The notes beneath the pieces were generated by a model, which was not told the DNA's origin, searched no databases, and saw only the letters and a list, made by a program, of their open reading frames with translations. A stretch of 64,000 bases of DNA from Candidatus Iainarchaeum sp. (GTDB taxonomy: Archaea > Iainarchaeota > Iainarchaeia > Iainarchaeales > GCA-2688035), in the NCBI GenBank assembly GCA_017610205.1, contig JAFCCL010000001.1, positions 58,805 through 122,804 on the forward strand. Reading direction: 5' to 3'. Position numbers and translations under genes: made by a program. Below are positions 48,072 through 57,153 of this stretch, piece by piece. Position 1 is the first letter of the stretch. Each line of letters begins with the position of its first letter.

Positions 48072-49037
48072 TCAAGTTTGCTTGATTAAAGGCTTCCACC
48101 AGGCTTCGTTTTTTTTGTACCATTCAACTGTTTCTTTCAAACCTTTTTTGAAATCTGTTTCGGCTTTCCAGCTCAATTCCTTTTCAATTTTTGAACAGTC
48201 GAGGCTGTAGCGCAGGTCGTGTCCCAACCTGTCCTTAACTTTTTCAATCATTTCGTCGCCCTTGCCTAATTCTGCAAGAATCATTTTTGTAAGCTCGATA
48301 TTCTGCAACTCGTTTCCGCCGCCAATGTTGTAAACTTCTCCAATCTTTCCCTTTTCAAGTACTGTATCAATTCCGCTGCAGTTGTCTAAAACAAAAAGCC
48401 AGTCACGAACATTCTTTCCCTCTCCATACAATGGAACTTTTTTGCCTGTAATGATGTTTGTTACAAAAAGCGGAACAATTTTTTCAGGAAACTGGAAAGG
48501 ACCATAATTATTGCTGCTTCTTGTTACAAGAACAGGCAATCCATAGGTTGTAAAATAGCTCATTGCAAGAAGTTTGCCTCCTGCCTTTGCTGCACTGTAA
48601 GGGTTTCTTGGGTTTAGCTTGTCTGTTTCCTTAAAGCTTCCTTCTGCAATTTGCCCATAGACTTCGTCTGTTGAAATCTGAATAAATTTTTTAACATCCT
48701 GTTTTCTTGCCTGTTCGCACAAAACTTTTACTCCAAAAAAATTTGTCCTTGCAAATGCATCCGAATCCTCAATTGACCTGTCAACATGGCTTTCTGCAGC
48801 AAAATTTATTACTGTTTCACATCCTTCCATTGCTTTTTTCACATCGCTAGGATTGCAAATGTCTCCTTTGAAAAACGTGTAATTTGTGTTGTTTTCAATG
48901 TCCTGAAGGCTTTCCTTTCTGCCTGCGTAAGTAAGCTTGTCAAGGTTTACAATTTGGTCTTCTGGAAATTTTTCAAGGCGTTGCCTGATATAATTACTTC
49001 CAATAAAGCCACAACCTCCTGTTACAAGAATCTTCAT
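48072..49037 (-). CDS. rmlB: dTDP-glucose 4,6-dehydratase
   Basis: TGGCGFIG, LDKLTYAG, FAAESHVDRSI, STDEVYG, YSAAK, NNYGP.QFPEK, RDWL, GHDLRY. Confidence 0.93.
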   Translation of the reverse strand: MKILVTGGCGFIGSNYIRQRLEKFPEDQIVNLDKLTYAGRKESLQDIENNTNYTFFKGDICNPSDVKKAMEGCETVINFAAESHVDRSIEDSDAFARTNFFGVKVLCEQARKQDVKKFIQISTDEVYGQIAEGSFKETDKLNPRNPYSAAKAGGKLLAMSYFTTYGLPVLVTRSSNNYGPFQFPEKIVPLFVTNIITGKKVPLYGEGKNVRDWLFVLDNCSGIDTVLEKGKIGEVYNIGGGNELQNIELTKMILAELGKGDEMIEKVKDRLGHDLRYSLDCSKIEKELSWKAETDFKKGLKETVEWYKKNEAWWKPLIKQT

Positions 49038-49116
49038 AAATTCCACCAATTCCTTTTATCAATAACTCCTGTTAATTTTTTTGTCAATAAATTCCACTAA
49101 TTCCTTTTATCAATAA
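49036..49116 (-). repeat. Degenerate ~26-bp tandem repeat (3 units) in the rmlB leader
   Basis: 30-bp copies at 49036-49065 and 49087-49116 differ at one base; the middle unit is degenerate. Confidence 0.7.
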
Positions 49117-49139
49117 TTGCATGAAATTTATATATATCG

Positions 49140-49201
49140 TTTGGTGCAATCCTCAAAGCCAGGCCGCCTGCAAAGGTTTTAAAACATCTCTTGAATTATT
49201 T
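49140..49201 (+). promoter_or_regulatory. Conserved 62-bp promoter block, copy 1
   Basis: 58/62 identical to 50775-50836; contains CAGG-N3-CCTG and AAAGG-TTTTAAAA (BRE/TATA-like). Confidence 0.7.
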
Positions 49202-49235
49202 CTCATATACTTATTAACTCAGGATTTGTTTGAAT

Positions 49236-50750
49236 ATGCAAAAAAAGCAAAAAGTTGTACTTTTTTTACCAAAAGCAAGAAAGCACACATTTCACGGAAC
49301 TTTGCCTGTTGCCTTGCTTAAACTTGCTTCAATGGTTGACAGAAAAAAGTTTGATTTGGATTTAATTATTGCAAAACCAAATGTAGATTATGAAAAGCAG
49401 GTGGTTGAAGCATCCAAGGGTGCTATGTGTGTTTGTTTAAGTGTTCTGACTGGTAATGATATTACTAATGCATTGACGATTACAAAAAAAATCAGAGTTG
49501 TTTCAAAGGCTACTGTTGTTTGGGGTGGCTGGCATGCAAGTATTTTTCCAGAGCAAACTCTTGAGAATCAATATGTTGACATTGTAATCAGGGGACAGGG
49601 GGAAAGAACTTTTCAAAAGCTAATTGAACGTCTTGCTGAAAAGAAAAGCCTAAAAGGATTACTTGGTGTTTCCTACAAAGAAGGGGGAAAAATTAAGCGC
49701 AATGAAGACCGGCCTTTTGAGGACATAAACAATTTTCCGCCAATTTCCTACAATTTAGTTAATTTAGAAGATTATATTTCAACCTTTAATGGAATGCGTG
49801 GCATGGTTAGTTTTACCAGCCAGGGCTGTCCTTTCAACTGCAAATTCTGTGCAGAGCCATTGGTTTACAAACAGCAATATTCTGCGCTTTCAAATGACAG
49901 GATTCTTGACGAATGGGAATTTTTTGTTAAGGAACATAATATTAAGTTTGTTGGAATTACTGACGACAATTTTTTTGTTAATGAAGCAAAAATAATTGAC
50001 TTTTGTCAAAAGCTTCTTAAAAGAAAGCTTGGAGTAAAATGGGGCAAGGCTTGTGGAAGGGTTAGACAAATGCTTGCGTTCAAAGACAGCACTTGGCAGC
50101 TTATTGCCGATGCAGGTTGTATGGATATTGAAATTGGAGACGAAAGTGGAATTCAGAGCACTCTTGATTTTATTAACAAACAGTTGTCTGTTGAAGAAAT
50201 TGTGGAATTTACAAATAAATGCAGAAAGTATGGTTTTGAGGTAATGCACAATTGGCTTTATGGAATTCCTTTGCCTCAGTTCAAAACAATGAACAAAAAG
50301 GAAATTAATGCCTGGATTTGGAAAGAGTGGCTTGCAATGTTTGATGTAATGGATAAATGCCACCACAAATACAAGGATTATGATGAAGTTAGAGTTTGTC
50401 CATACTATCCCTATCCTGGAAATCCACTCTTTGACCTGTCATGCGAGCTTGGGTTCAAACCGCCAACAAAGCTTGAAAACTGGGCTAACCTCAAACCAGC
50501 TATATGGCTTGATGACTCCTGGAATGACAAGCGAAGAATGCTTTTGCATTTTATTTTTCCATATGCATCGGATTTTTATGCTGAAAGGCACATGAAAAAA
50601 TTTAGGCTGGTTCAAAGATTTTTCCACGAAACAGCAAAGTTTAGGTGGAAGTACAGATATTTTGGATTTCCATTAGACTACAGGTTGTATGAGTTTTACA
50701 CCAATTTCAGAATGAAAATCACAGGCGTTTCTGCAACTGAGCACGATTAA
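49236..50750 (+). CDS. Cobalamin-binding radical SAM protein, tandem paralog 1
   Basis: WGGWHASIFP, GQGERTF, TSQGCPFNCKFC, DDNFF, YPGNPL. Confidence 0.9.
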   Translation: MQKKQKVVLFLPKARKHTFHGTLPVALLKLASMVDRKKFDLDLIIAKPNVDYEKQVVEASKGAMCVCLSVLTGNDITNALTITKKIRVVSKATVVWGGWHASIFPEQTLENQYVDIVIRGQGERTFQKLIERLAEKKSLKGLLGVSYKEGGKIKRNEDRPFEDINNFPPISYNLVNLEDYISTFNGMRGMVSFTSQGCPFNCKFCAEPLVYKQQYSALSNDRILDEWEFFVKEHNIKFVGITDDNFFVNEAKIIDFCQKLLKRKLGVKWGKACGRVRQMLAFKDSTWQLIADAGCMDIEIGDESGIQSTLDFINKQLSVEEIVEFTNKCRKYGFEVMHNWLYGIPLPQFKTMNKKEINAWIWKEWLAMFDVMDKCHHKYKDYDEVRVCPYYPYPGNPLFDLSCELGFKPPTKLENWANLKPAIWLDDSWNDKRRMLLHFIFPYASDFYAERHMKKFRLVQRFFHETAKFRWKYRYFGFPLDYRLYEFYTNFRMKITGVSATEHD

Positions 50751-50774
50751 AACAAAGTTGTTTTATCTTAAGAC

Positions 50775-50836
50775 TTTGGTGCAATTCTCAAAGCCAGGTT
50801 GCCTGCAAAGGTTTTAAAACATCTCTTGGATTATTT
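50775..50836 (+). promoter_or_regulatory. Conserved 62-bp promoter block, copy 2
   Basis: Near-identical to 49140-49201; similar distance to its ATG (about 37 vs 35 nt). Confidence 0.7.
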
Positions 50837-50872
50837 ATGCTATTGAATCACTTTTTTTTGGGTTTGACTAAT

Positions 50873-52390
50873 ATGCCGGTAAGACAAAAAATAATTCTTT
50901 TTTCTCCAAAACCAAGAAGACATACTTACAGCAACAGTATTCCTGTTGCATTGCTCAAAATTGCGTCAATGATTGACCGTAAAAAATACGAATCGGTAAT
51001 TGTTTCAGCAACACCAAAATATGACTACGAAACCCAGATTTTGAAGGATTCAAAAGATGCATTGTGCTTTGCTGTTCGCGTGTTAACAGGACACGACATA
51101 ATTGAAGCAATAGAGCTAATAAAAAAAATCAAAAAAGTTAACCCAAACCTTCCTATTGTATGGGGTGGATGGCATGGTGCAATTTTTCCAGATCAAACTC
51201 TTGAAAGCAGCTATGCTGATATAATTATAAGGGGTCAGGGTGAGCGCACTTTCAAAGAACTTGTTGAAAGGTTGGTTACAAAAAAAGATCTTAAAGGATT
51301 ACCAGGCATTATTTACAAAGACAAAAGCGGAAAAATAATTCACAACCCTGAAAGGCCTTTTGAAGACATAAATAATTTTCCGGACATTCCCTACGATCTC
51401 ATTAACATAGACGATTACGTTGACAACTTTGACGGTTTGCGTGCGGCATTTTATGTCACAAGCCAAGGCTGTCCTTTTAAATGTAAATTTTGCGCGGAAC
51501 CACTTGTATTCAAGCAACGATGGTCTTCCCTAAGCAACGAGCGCATTCTCAAAGACTGGGAATACCTTTCAAAAAAAGGCATTGAATTTATCATAATTGG
51601 TGATGACAACTTTTTTGTAAACGAAAAAAAAGTCAAAGACTTTTGTGAAAAATTCATTGCAAAAAAACTTCCGTTAAAATGGGGCCGTGTTTCTGGAAGG
51701 GTTAGGCAAATGCTTGCTTTTTCTGACGAAACCTGGCAGCTTATCAAAGACACTGGCTGTACAGACATACAGGTTGGCGCAGAAACAGGCGACCAAAATG
51801 TGCTTGACTACATTGGAAAAGAGCTTACTGTTGACGAAATAGTGCAATTTATTGAAAGGGCAAGGAAATTCAAAATAAAGGCAACTCCTGCCTTCATTCT
51901 CGGTCTTCCAACAGAGGAATTCAGAAAAGCTTCATCAAAAGAAATTCAAAAACTTTTAGACAAACAGTGGAATGCATTTTTTGACGTAATGGACAGGTGC
52001 TATAAAGACCACAAGGACTATGACGAAATCCGTTTGTTTGCCTACGATCCTTATCCTGGAAACCCACTTTATGATTTATCCTGTGAGCTTGGTTTTGACG
52101 CGCCAAAAAAGCTTGAAGAATGGGCAATAATTCGACCTGCTCCTTGGATAAAAGAAAGTCTTCGTGAAAAAATAAGAATGCTTCAATATTTTTTGTTTCC
52201 CTATGCTCGCGATGGTTACGCAGGCAGACACATAAAAAAATTCAAGCTGTTGCAAAAGCTTTTTCACAAAAGCGCACAATGGCGATGGAAGCACAGATTC
52301 TTTGCACTGCCAATAGAATACAAAATGTACCGGGCTTATACAAACCTTAGAACCAAAAAAACAGGGCAATCTGCAACAGACCATGAATAA
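50873..52390 (+). CDS. Cobalamin-binding radical SAM protein, tandem paralog 2
   Basis: WGGWHGAIFP, GQGERTF, TSQGCPFKCKFC, DDNFF; C-terminus SATDHE vs SATEHD in paralog 1. Confidence 0.9.
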   Translation: MPVRQKIILFSPKPRRHTYSNSIPVALLKIASMIDRKKYESVIVSATPKYDYETQILKDSKDALCFAVRVLTGHDIIEAIELIKKIKKVNPNLPIVWGGWHGAIFPDQTLESSYADIIIRGQGERTFKELVERLVTKKDLKGLPGIIYKDKSGKIIHNPERPFEDINNFPDIPYDLINIDDYVDNFDGLRAAFYVTSQGCPFKCKFCAEPLVFKQRWSSLSNERILKDWEYLSKKGIEFIIIGDDNFFVNEKKVKDFCEKFIAKKLPLKWGRVSGRVRQMLAFSDETWQLIKDTGCTDIQVGAETGDQNVLDYIGKELTVDEIVQFIERARKFKIKATPAFILGLPTEEFRKASSKEIQKLLDKQWNAFFDVMDRCYKDHKDYDEIRLFAYDPYPGNPLYDLSCELGFDAPKKLEEWAIIRPAPWIKESLREKIRMLQYFLFPYARDGYAGRHIKKFKLLQKLFHKSAQWRWKHRFFALPIEYKMYRAYTNLRTKKTGQSATDHE

Positions 52391-52462
52391 AAGAAATTAA
52401 TAAAACAGAAAAGAACAAAATAGGAGTTTACTGATTTTAAATTAGTACATTTTAAATAGTTT

Positions 52463-53713
52463 TTAAATTGGCACATTCCAAATTATATTTACGAGTATTG
52501 GGTTATAGTTTATTAACAACACTATATCAAACAAAAGCATACTGGAAAGAACAATCCAAACAAATGTCTTTGCCCATTTTTCCTGCCTGATTGTTTTCAT
52601 AAAAGAAAGTAAACCTGCAATAAAAAGTATTGCGATAAGTCCAACTGTTCCAAACATCCATCTTGCATCAGGTCCTACTACAAAAAAATTTATGTATGCA
52701 ACTCCTGCAAGGTTTAAAAGAATTGGGAGAATAAGAACAGCTGTTATTAGTTTTTTTCTTTTGTTGTTCCATTTATTTCCAAGAATTAATTTTACAAACC
52801 CTATTAGTGCAACAATTGAAACAATTGCATAAAATCCAAAGAAAACAAATCTATATTCAGGAATTGTTGCAGTTCCATATTCCTGAAGCCACATTCCTGC
52901 AAATAAATATGTTAAAAAATAAGCAAGCCATTGAATATCAATTGCCATCATTGGCTTTAAAAAGCTTGGGAAAAAATTCCCCGATAGCAAAAGGTACCTG
53001 TAAAACGTGACTATTCCCAGCAATGGTACAGAACATGCCAAAATTCTTTTCCACAATTTTTCTTTTCCCTTAAATAAAAATACAAACCACGCAATTCCAA
53101 ATGTTACTGCAACTGCAAGTCCTGTAAGCATCGTAAGTAAAACTCCAGCCATAAAAAGTCCGGCAATTGCCATATCTTTTGTCTTTTTTTCTTTAAACAC
53201 TTTAATACTGTAGTATATTACCACTAGGCATAAGAGCCAGCTTAAAGTTCCATTACTGACTGTTGCGCTTGTAATTATATGTGTTGGAAGTAAAGCAACA
53301 AACATTGCACTTCCAAGTCTTACAATTTTTCCAAAATTCAGTTTTTTTGCAATAATATATGTTAGAAGAATGCAAGCAGTTCCAAACGCAACAGAAAGAA
53401 GCCTTAGAACATGCACAATAGTGTCAATGCTCTGGCTTGCGATTGGAATGTAAAAAATTGCTGCAATACTATGGAATAAAGGTGGTTGCGAAAGGCTTTC
53501 ATTTGAAATGCTTGCAAGAGTTTCGTGTGTAAGCGGAATCATAGGCAGTCTGGCATTGTCTCCAATGAATTCAATGTAAAAAATATGAGCTCCTTCTTCA
53601 GGTCCAGACCAAACAGGAAAAAGTGCACTTCCTGCAAGTCTTAAACCCAACCCAAACAAAATTATAAGGACAATGACCTTAAATTCATTTTTTTCTCGCA
53701 ATTTCAAAAACAT
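52463..53713 (-). CDS. GT-C fold membrane glycosyltransferase (DUF2142/PMT_2-like)
   Basis: GPEEGAH, QPPLFH, LRLLSV, ARWMF; multi-TM. Confidence 0.7.
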   Translation of the reverse strand: MFLKLREKNEFKVIVLIILFGLGLRLAGSALFPVWSGPEEGAHIFYIEFIGDNARLPMIPLTHETLASISNESLSQPPLFHSIAAIFYIPIASQSIDTIVHVLRLLSVAFGTACILLTYIIAKKLNFGKIVRLGSAMFVALLPTHIITSATVSNGTLSWLLCLVVIYYSIKVFKEKKTKDMAIAGLFMAGVLLTMLTGLAVAVTFGIAWFVFLFKGKEKLWKRILACSVPLLGIVTFYRYLLLSGNFFPSFLKPMMAIDIQWLAYFLTYLFAGMWLQEYGTATIPEYRFVFFGFYAIVSIVALIGFVKLILGNKWNNKRKKLITAVLILPILLNLAGVAYINFFVVGPDARWMFGTVGLIAILFIAGLLSFMKTIRQEKWAKTFVWIVLSSMLLFDIVLLINYNPILVNIIWNVPI

Positions 53714-53765
53714 TCACCTCCACTCAGAACTGAAGTCTTTTTTGAATGCATAATCTTAATCATAT

Positions 53766-54056
53766 CTACGAGTCCTCTTCAAATTCAATAAAATTACCGC
53801 TTTGAATTTTAGCCCTTGTGCTAATGCTTTCCTCTTCAGAATCGCATTTCAGGCGTTCAACTTCAATATTTTGATTATATATACAATCTTCTTTTTTGCC
53901 ATAACACAAATACCTAGTATTTTTAACATGCCAGCAGGCAAAATTCTCTTCGAAACTGTAGTCAACAGGTCCTTGAAACAAAATCAAAAAATCCACTGCA
54001 ACTATGATTATTAGTATAACAAAAAAACAAATTAATCTAAAAAACTTAACCGGCAT
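53766..54056 (-). CDS. Small membrane-anchored hypothetical protein
   Basis: GGTGA RBS, N-terminal TM helix, four Cys in the soluble part. Confidence 0.5.
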   Translation of the reverse strand: MPVKFFRLICFFVILIIIVAVDFLILFQGPVDYSFEENFACWHVKNTRYLCYGKKEDCIYNQNIEVERLKCDSEEESISTRAKIQSGNFIEFEEDS

Positions 54057-54092
54057 TTAATATCACCACGCTCTTTTTTTCCAAAAAAACAC

Positions 54093-55013
54093 TTACACGT
54101 CCTTTTTGAATTTGGCAAAGCATCTTTTAATGCCTTCATCCAAACTAATTTTTGGCTTCCAATCCAATTCCGAACAAGCTCTTGAAATATCGCACACAAG
54201 TCGTTGCACTTCACAGGCTTTGTTAAGGCGATTTATTTCAATGTTGTTTCCAGTTGCCTTTTTAACTTTTTCAGCAAGGTTGTTTAGTGAAATAACCTTG
54301 CCTGATCCAAGATTAAAAATTTTAAATCTGCTTTTGTTAAAACCAGCTGCAATAACCCCGCTTGCAAGGTCTTCTGCATGCAAAAAATCCTTTTCAGAGC
54401 TTCCGTTTCCATAAATCACAATCGGCTTGTTCCTTAATGCATTAAAAACAAAGTTTGCTATAACACCTGTTCCCTTGGAAACTACCTGCCTTTCACCATA
54501 GCTTGTTGTTGGCCTTAGAATTGCATAATCAATTCCGTAAACTCTGTTAAAGTATTCAATATATTTTTCAATTGCCATTTTTGAAACAGCATATGGTGTC
54601 ATTGGTTCAAGTCTGGCATTTTCTTTTGCCGGAATGGTTTTTGTGTTTCCGTAAACAACAATAGAACTCAAGTAAACAATTTTTTTTACTCCAAGTTCAC
54701 ATGAATCCCTCAAAATATTAATGCTTGGCAAAATATTTGTTTCTGCGTCAAAAACAGGCTTTTCAATGCTTGTTCTTGGAACAGTTGTGTGAATGCAGTG
54801 AAAAACATATTCAATTCCATCCAATGCCTGCCTTACATCCTTTTGATTAATGTAATCTCCTTTAACCTTTTCAATTTTTGTTTCAATTGCCTTTAAGTTG
54901 TTCTTGCCAGTAAACTTGTCAAAGACTCTGACATTGCAGCCTTTTGCAACAAGCTTCTCTGCAACAAAGCTTCCAATAAGTCCGTTTCCTCCTAAAACAA
55001 GGCAATTATTCAT
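54093..55013 (-). CDS. NAD-dependent epimerase/dehydratase (extended SDR)
   Basis: LGGNGLIG, YAVSK, YGERQ, KDFLH, FNLGSG. Confidence 0.85.
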   Translation of the reverse strand: MNNCLVLGGNGLIGSFVAEKLVAKGCNVRVFDKFTGKNNLKAIETKIEKVKGDYINQKDVRQALDGIEYVFHCIHTTVPRTSIEKPVFDAETNILPSINILRDSCELGVKKIVYLSSIVVYGNTKTIPAKENARLEPMTPYAVSKMAIEKYIEYFNRVYGIDYAILRPTTSYGERQVVSKGTGVIANFVFNALRNKPIVIYGNGSSEKDFLHAEDLASGVIAAGFNKSRFKIFNLGSGKVISLNNLAEKVKKATGNNIEINRLNKACEVQRLVCDISRACSELDWKPKISLDEGIKRCFAKFKKDV

Positions 55014-55054
55014 AAAAGTAATAGGACAGCTAAACCCTTATTAATTTTTCCAAA

Positions 55055-56062
55055 CTAAATCGTTATTTTTTTAGGGAACAAAAGAGCCTGCGTTGTTCCA
55101 ATACTGTATGCAATGTGTGTTATAAAAACAATAAAGATGCAAAATGGTACATGAACTGGTTTGACAGAATGCTCAAGGCAGTCAATTCCAATAGCGGTTG
55201 CATAAAACACAAAGCTGGCAGCATAAAAAATCCACAGTATTGGAAACACGATGGCAACAAATGGCATAAAAACAACGTAAAATAAGAATGCAATTACCAC
55301 TGTGTTTGTAATTCTAAAAGAATCAGTTTCCTTCAATACATCTATTTTTCCCCTTCCATAATCTTTAAGTCTTGGAATGTATTCTGAAAAACTTCTCTTG
55401 TTGTGATGGTGCACTGCAGTTTCTTTGTTGTACAGTATAAGCTTTCCTGTTTTTCTGAGTAGGATGCATGCTTTTACATCCTCACCTGTTGGGCAATTTT
55501 CGTCAAACTTTCCTATCTGAAGTAAAAGGTTTCGTTTTATTATAATGTTGCTTGTTGGCAGTTCCTTGTATACTAGAATTCCTTTATGTTTTTTGAAAGT
55601 ACTATGCATTCCTGTATCTGTTACGTAAAGATGCATAGTTTTTATTGCAAGTGATTCCCAAAGTCCTATGTTTTTTGGTTCGAGGTTTGGTCCACCGACA
55701 GCGGCAACTTTATCATCCCTCAAAAATGGCAATGCACTTTCAAGCCATTTGGATTGCGGGTATGCATCTGAATCAATACACGCTATAAATTCAGCTTTTG
55801 TGTTTTCAATTCCAATATTGCGTTTTGCTGAAGCAACTCCTTTTGGAAGGTTTTGCCCGGTAGGAATACATCTTATTTTCTCCGACTTTTTTTTACCAAA
55901 CTTTTCAACCAGTGCCTGTTTTTCTATTTTGTTGTCTGGTAATAATATTAATTCAAAATCCTGTCTTGTCTGATTCAAACAACCTTCAATACATTCCAAA
56001 ACAAAACTGTCCAATGTCTTAAATGGTACAATTATTGCAAACAAAGGCTTTTTTTCCATCAT
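55055..56062 (-). CDS. GT2 glycosyltransferase with C-terminal TM helices
   Basis: KRNIG, IDSDAYP, VGGP, FDE...GED. Confidence 0.85.
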   Translation of the reverse strand: MMEKKPLFAIIVPFKTLDSFVLECIEGCLNQTRQDFELILLPDNKIEKQALVEKFGKKKSEKIRCIPTGQNLPKGVASAKRNIGIENTKAEFIACIDSDAYPQSKWLESALPFLRDDKVAAVGGPNLEPKNIGLWESLAIKTMHLYVTDTGMHSTFKKHKGILVYKELPTSNIIIKRNLLLQIGKFDENCPTGEDVKACILLRKTGKLILYNKETAVHHHNKRSFSEYIPRLKDYGRGKIDVLKETDSFRITNTVVIAFLFYVVFMPFVAIVFPILWIFYAASFVFYATAIGIDCLEHSVKPVHVPFCIFIVFITHIAYSIGTTQALLFPKKITI

Positions 56063-57153
56063 TTCCCAACCTGAAGCTTGAGTCTAATCCATTGAAGCAG
56101 AACTTTCAAAAGTTCTGTTGCGTTGAATGCAACATTTGACGTGAGCTGGCATTCAAACGTGCAAAAACATTTGCTTTCTCTTATGGATTTTGCAATCTTT
56201 CTATTTTCTTTTGTTGAAAGCAGTTTTTTCAAATTAAAGTCAAAGTTTTTGAGATTTCCAAGAAAAAGATCCTGCCTGATTTCACAGGCAAATACATTAC
56301 CATTTGAATAAATGATGCAATTTGTTGTAGCAGCATAACATGGTAACTGAAATTTGTTTTCCTTCAAAGTTTTGAGAATCACCTGCTTATATCTTTTGTT
56401 TAAACATGTATAAAAGTCCCCAAAGATTTGGTGGCCCTTATATTTCTTTTTTGCAAGATCTGTTGCAATTTCTTTGTTCACTTTCATATATTGTTCAATT
56501 GTTTCCTTTGATTTCCTTGCGTTTTTTGGTTCGCCTCTTAAAAAATTTATCTGAAACTGGTTTATATCAAAGTCTGAAAGCATTTTTTTGTACACAGACA
56601 TCGTTTCTTGCGCATTGTCTTCACTAATAGTGTAAATTACTCCAATCTTTAGGTTTTTGAATCTTATTTTAAGTTCTAAAAGCTTTGCTAAAGTTTTGCA
56701 CGCATTTGAGAATGCATTTTTTGATCCTCTTATTTGATTATGTATTTTCTCAGTGCCATCAATTGAAACTGAAATATTGAAAATTATATCAGGGTTTTCT
56801 TCAGCCATCTTGGTTGCTTTTGCTACAATTTTTTCAGTAAACGTGCCGTTTGTTGGAATTGAAATTATTTTTACACTGCTGTTTTTTGCAAACAATGCTG
56901 CGATTTTGTCAATGTCTTCTCTGAGAAATGGTTCACCCCCTGTTAGACTTACATGTATCAAACTCGGCATGCTTTTTGATATTTTTTCAATTTCTTTGAG
57001 TGGAATTTCTTCAGGCTTGTTCAGTGATTTGTGAAAAAAACAGTGGCTGCATTTAAGATTGCATCTGCTTGTGATATAAAGAATCACATAAACAGGAAGC
57101 ATGTTTTTCTTGAATAAGACATTTTTTGCCTGTTTCAATATTGAAATTTTCAT
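56059..57153 (-). CDS. Radical SAM protein with SPASM/twitch domain
   Basis: CNLKCSHC, TGGEPF, PTNG, SIDG, PCYA...GNVFACE, CFCTFEC. Confidence 0.88.
   Translation of the reverse strand: MKISILKQAKNVLFKKNMLPVYVILYITSRCNLKCSHCFFHKSLNKPEEIPLKEIEKISKSMPSLIHVSLTGGEPFLREDIDKIAALFAKNSSVKIISIPTNGTFTEKIVAKATKMAEENPDIIFNISVSIDGTEKIHNQIRGSKNAFSNACKTLAKLLELKIRFKNLKIGVIYTISEDNAQETMSVYKKMLSDFDINQFQINFLRGEPKNARKSKETIEQYMKVNKEIATDLAKKKYKGHQIFGDFYTCLNKRYKQVILKTLKENKFQLPCYAATTNCIIYSNGNVFACEIRQDLFLGNLKNFDFNLKKLLSTKENRKIAKSIRESKCFCTFECQLTSNVAFNATELLKVLLQWIRLKLQVGK

Noticed and set aside
49036-49116. Mini-CRISPR (30-bp repeats with a 21-nt spacer)
   Set aside because: Only two copies, the spacer is itself a degenerate unit, the repeat overlaps the rmlB start, and there are no cas genes in the window.
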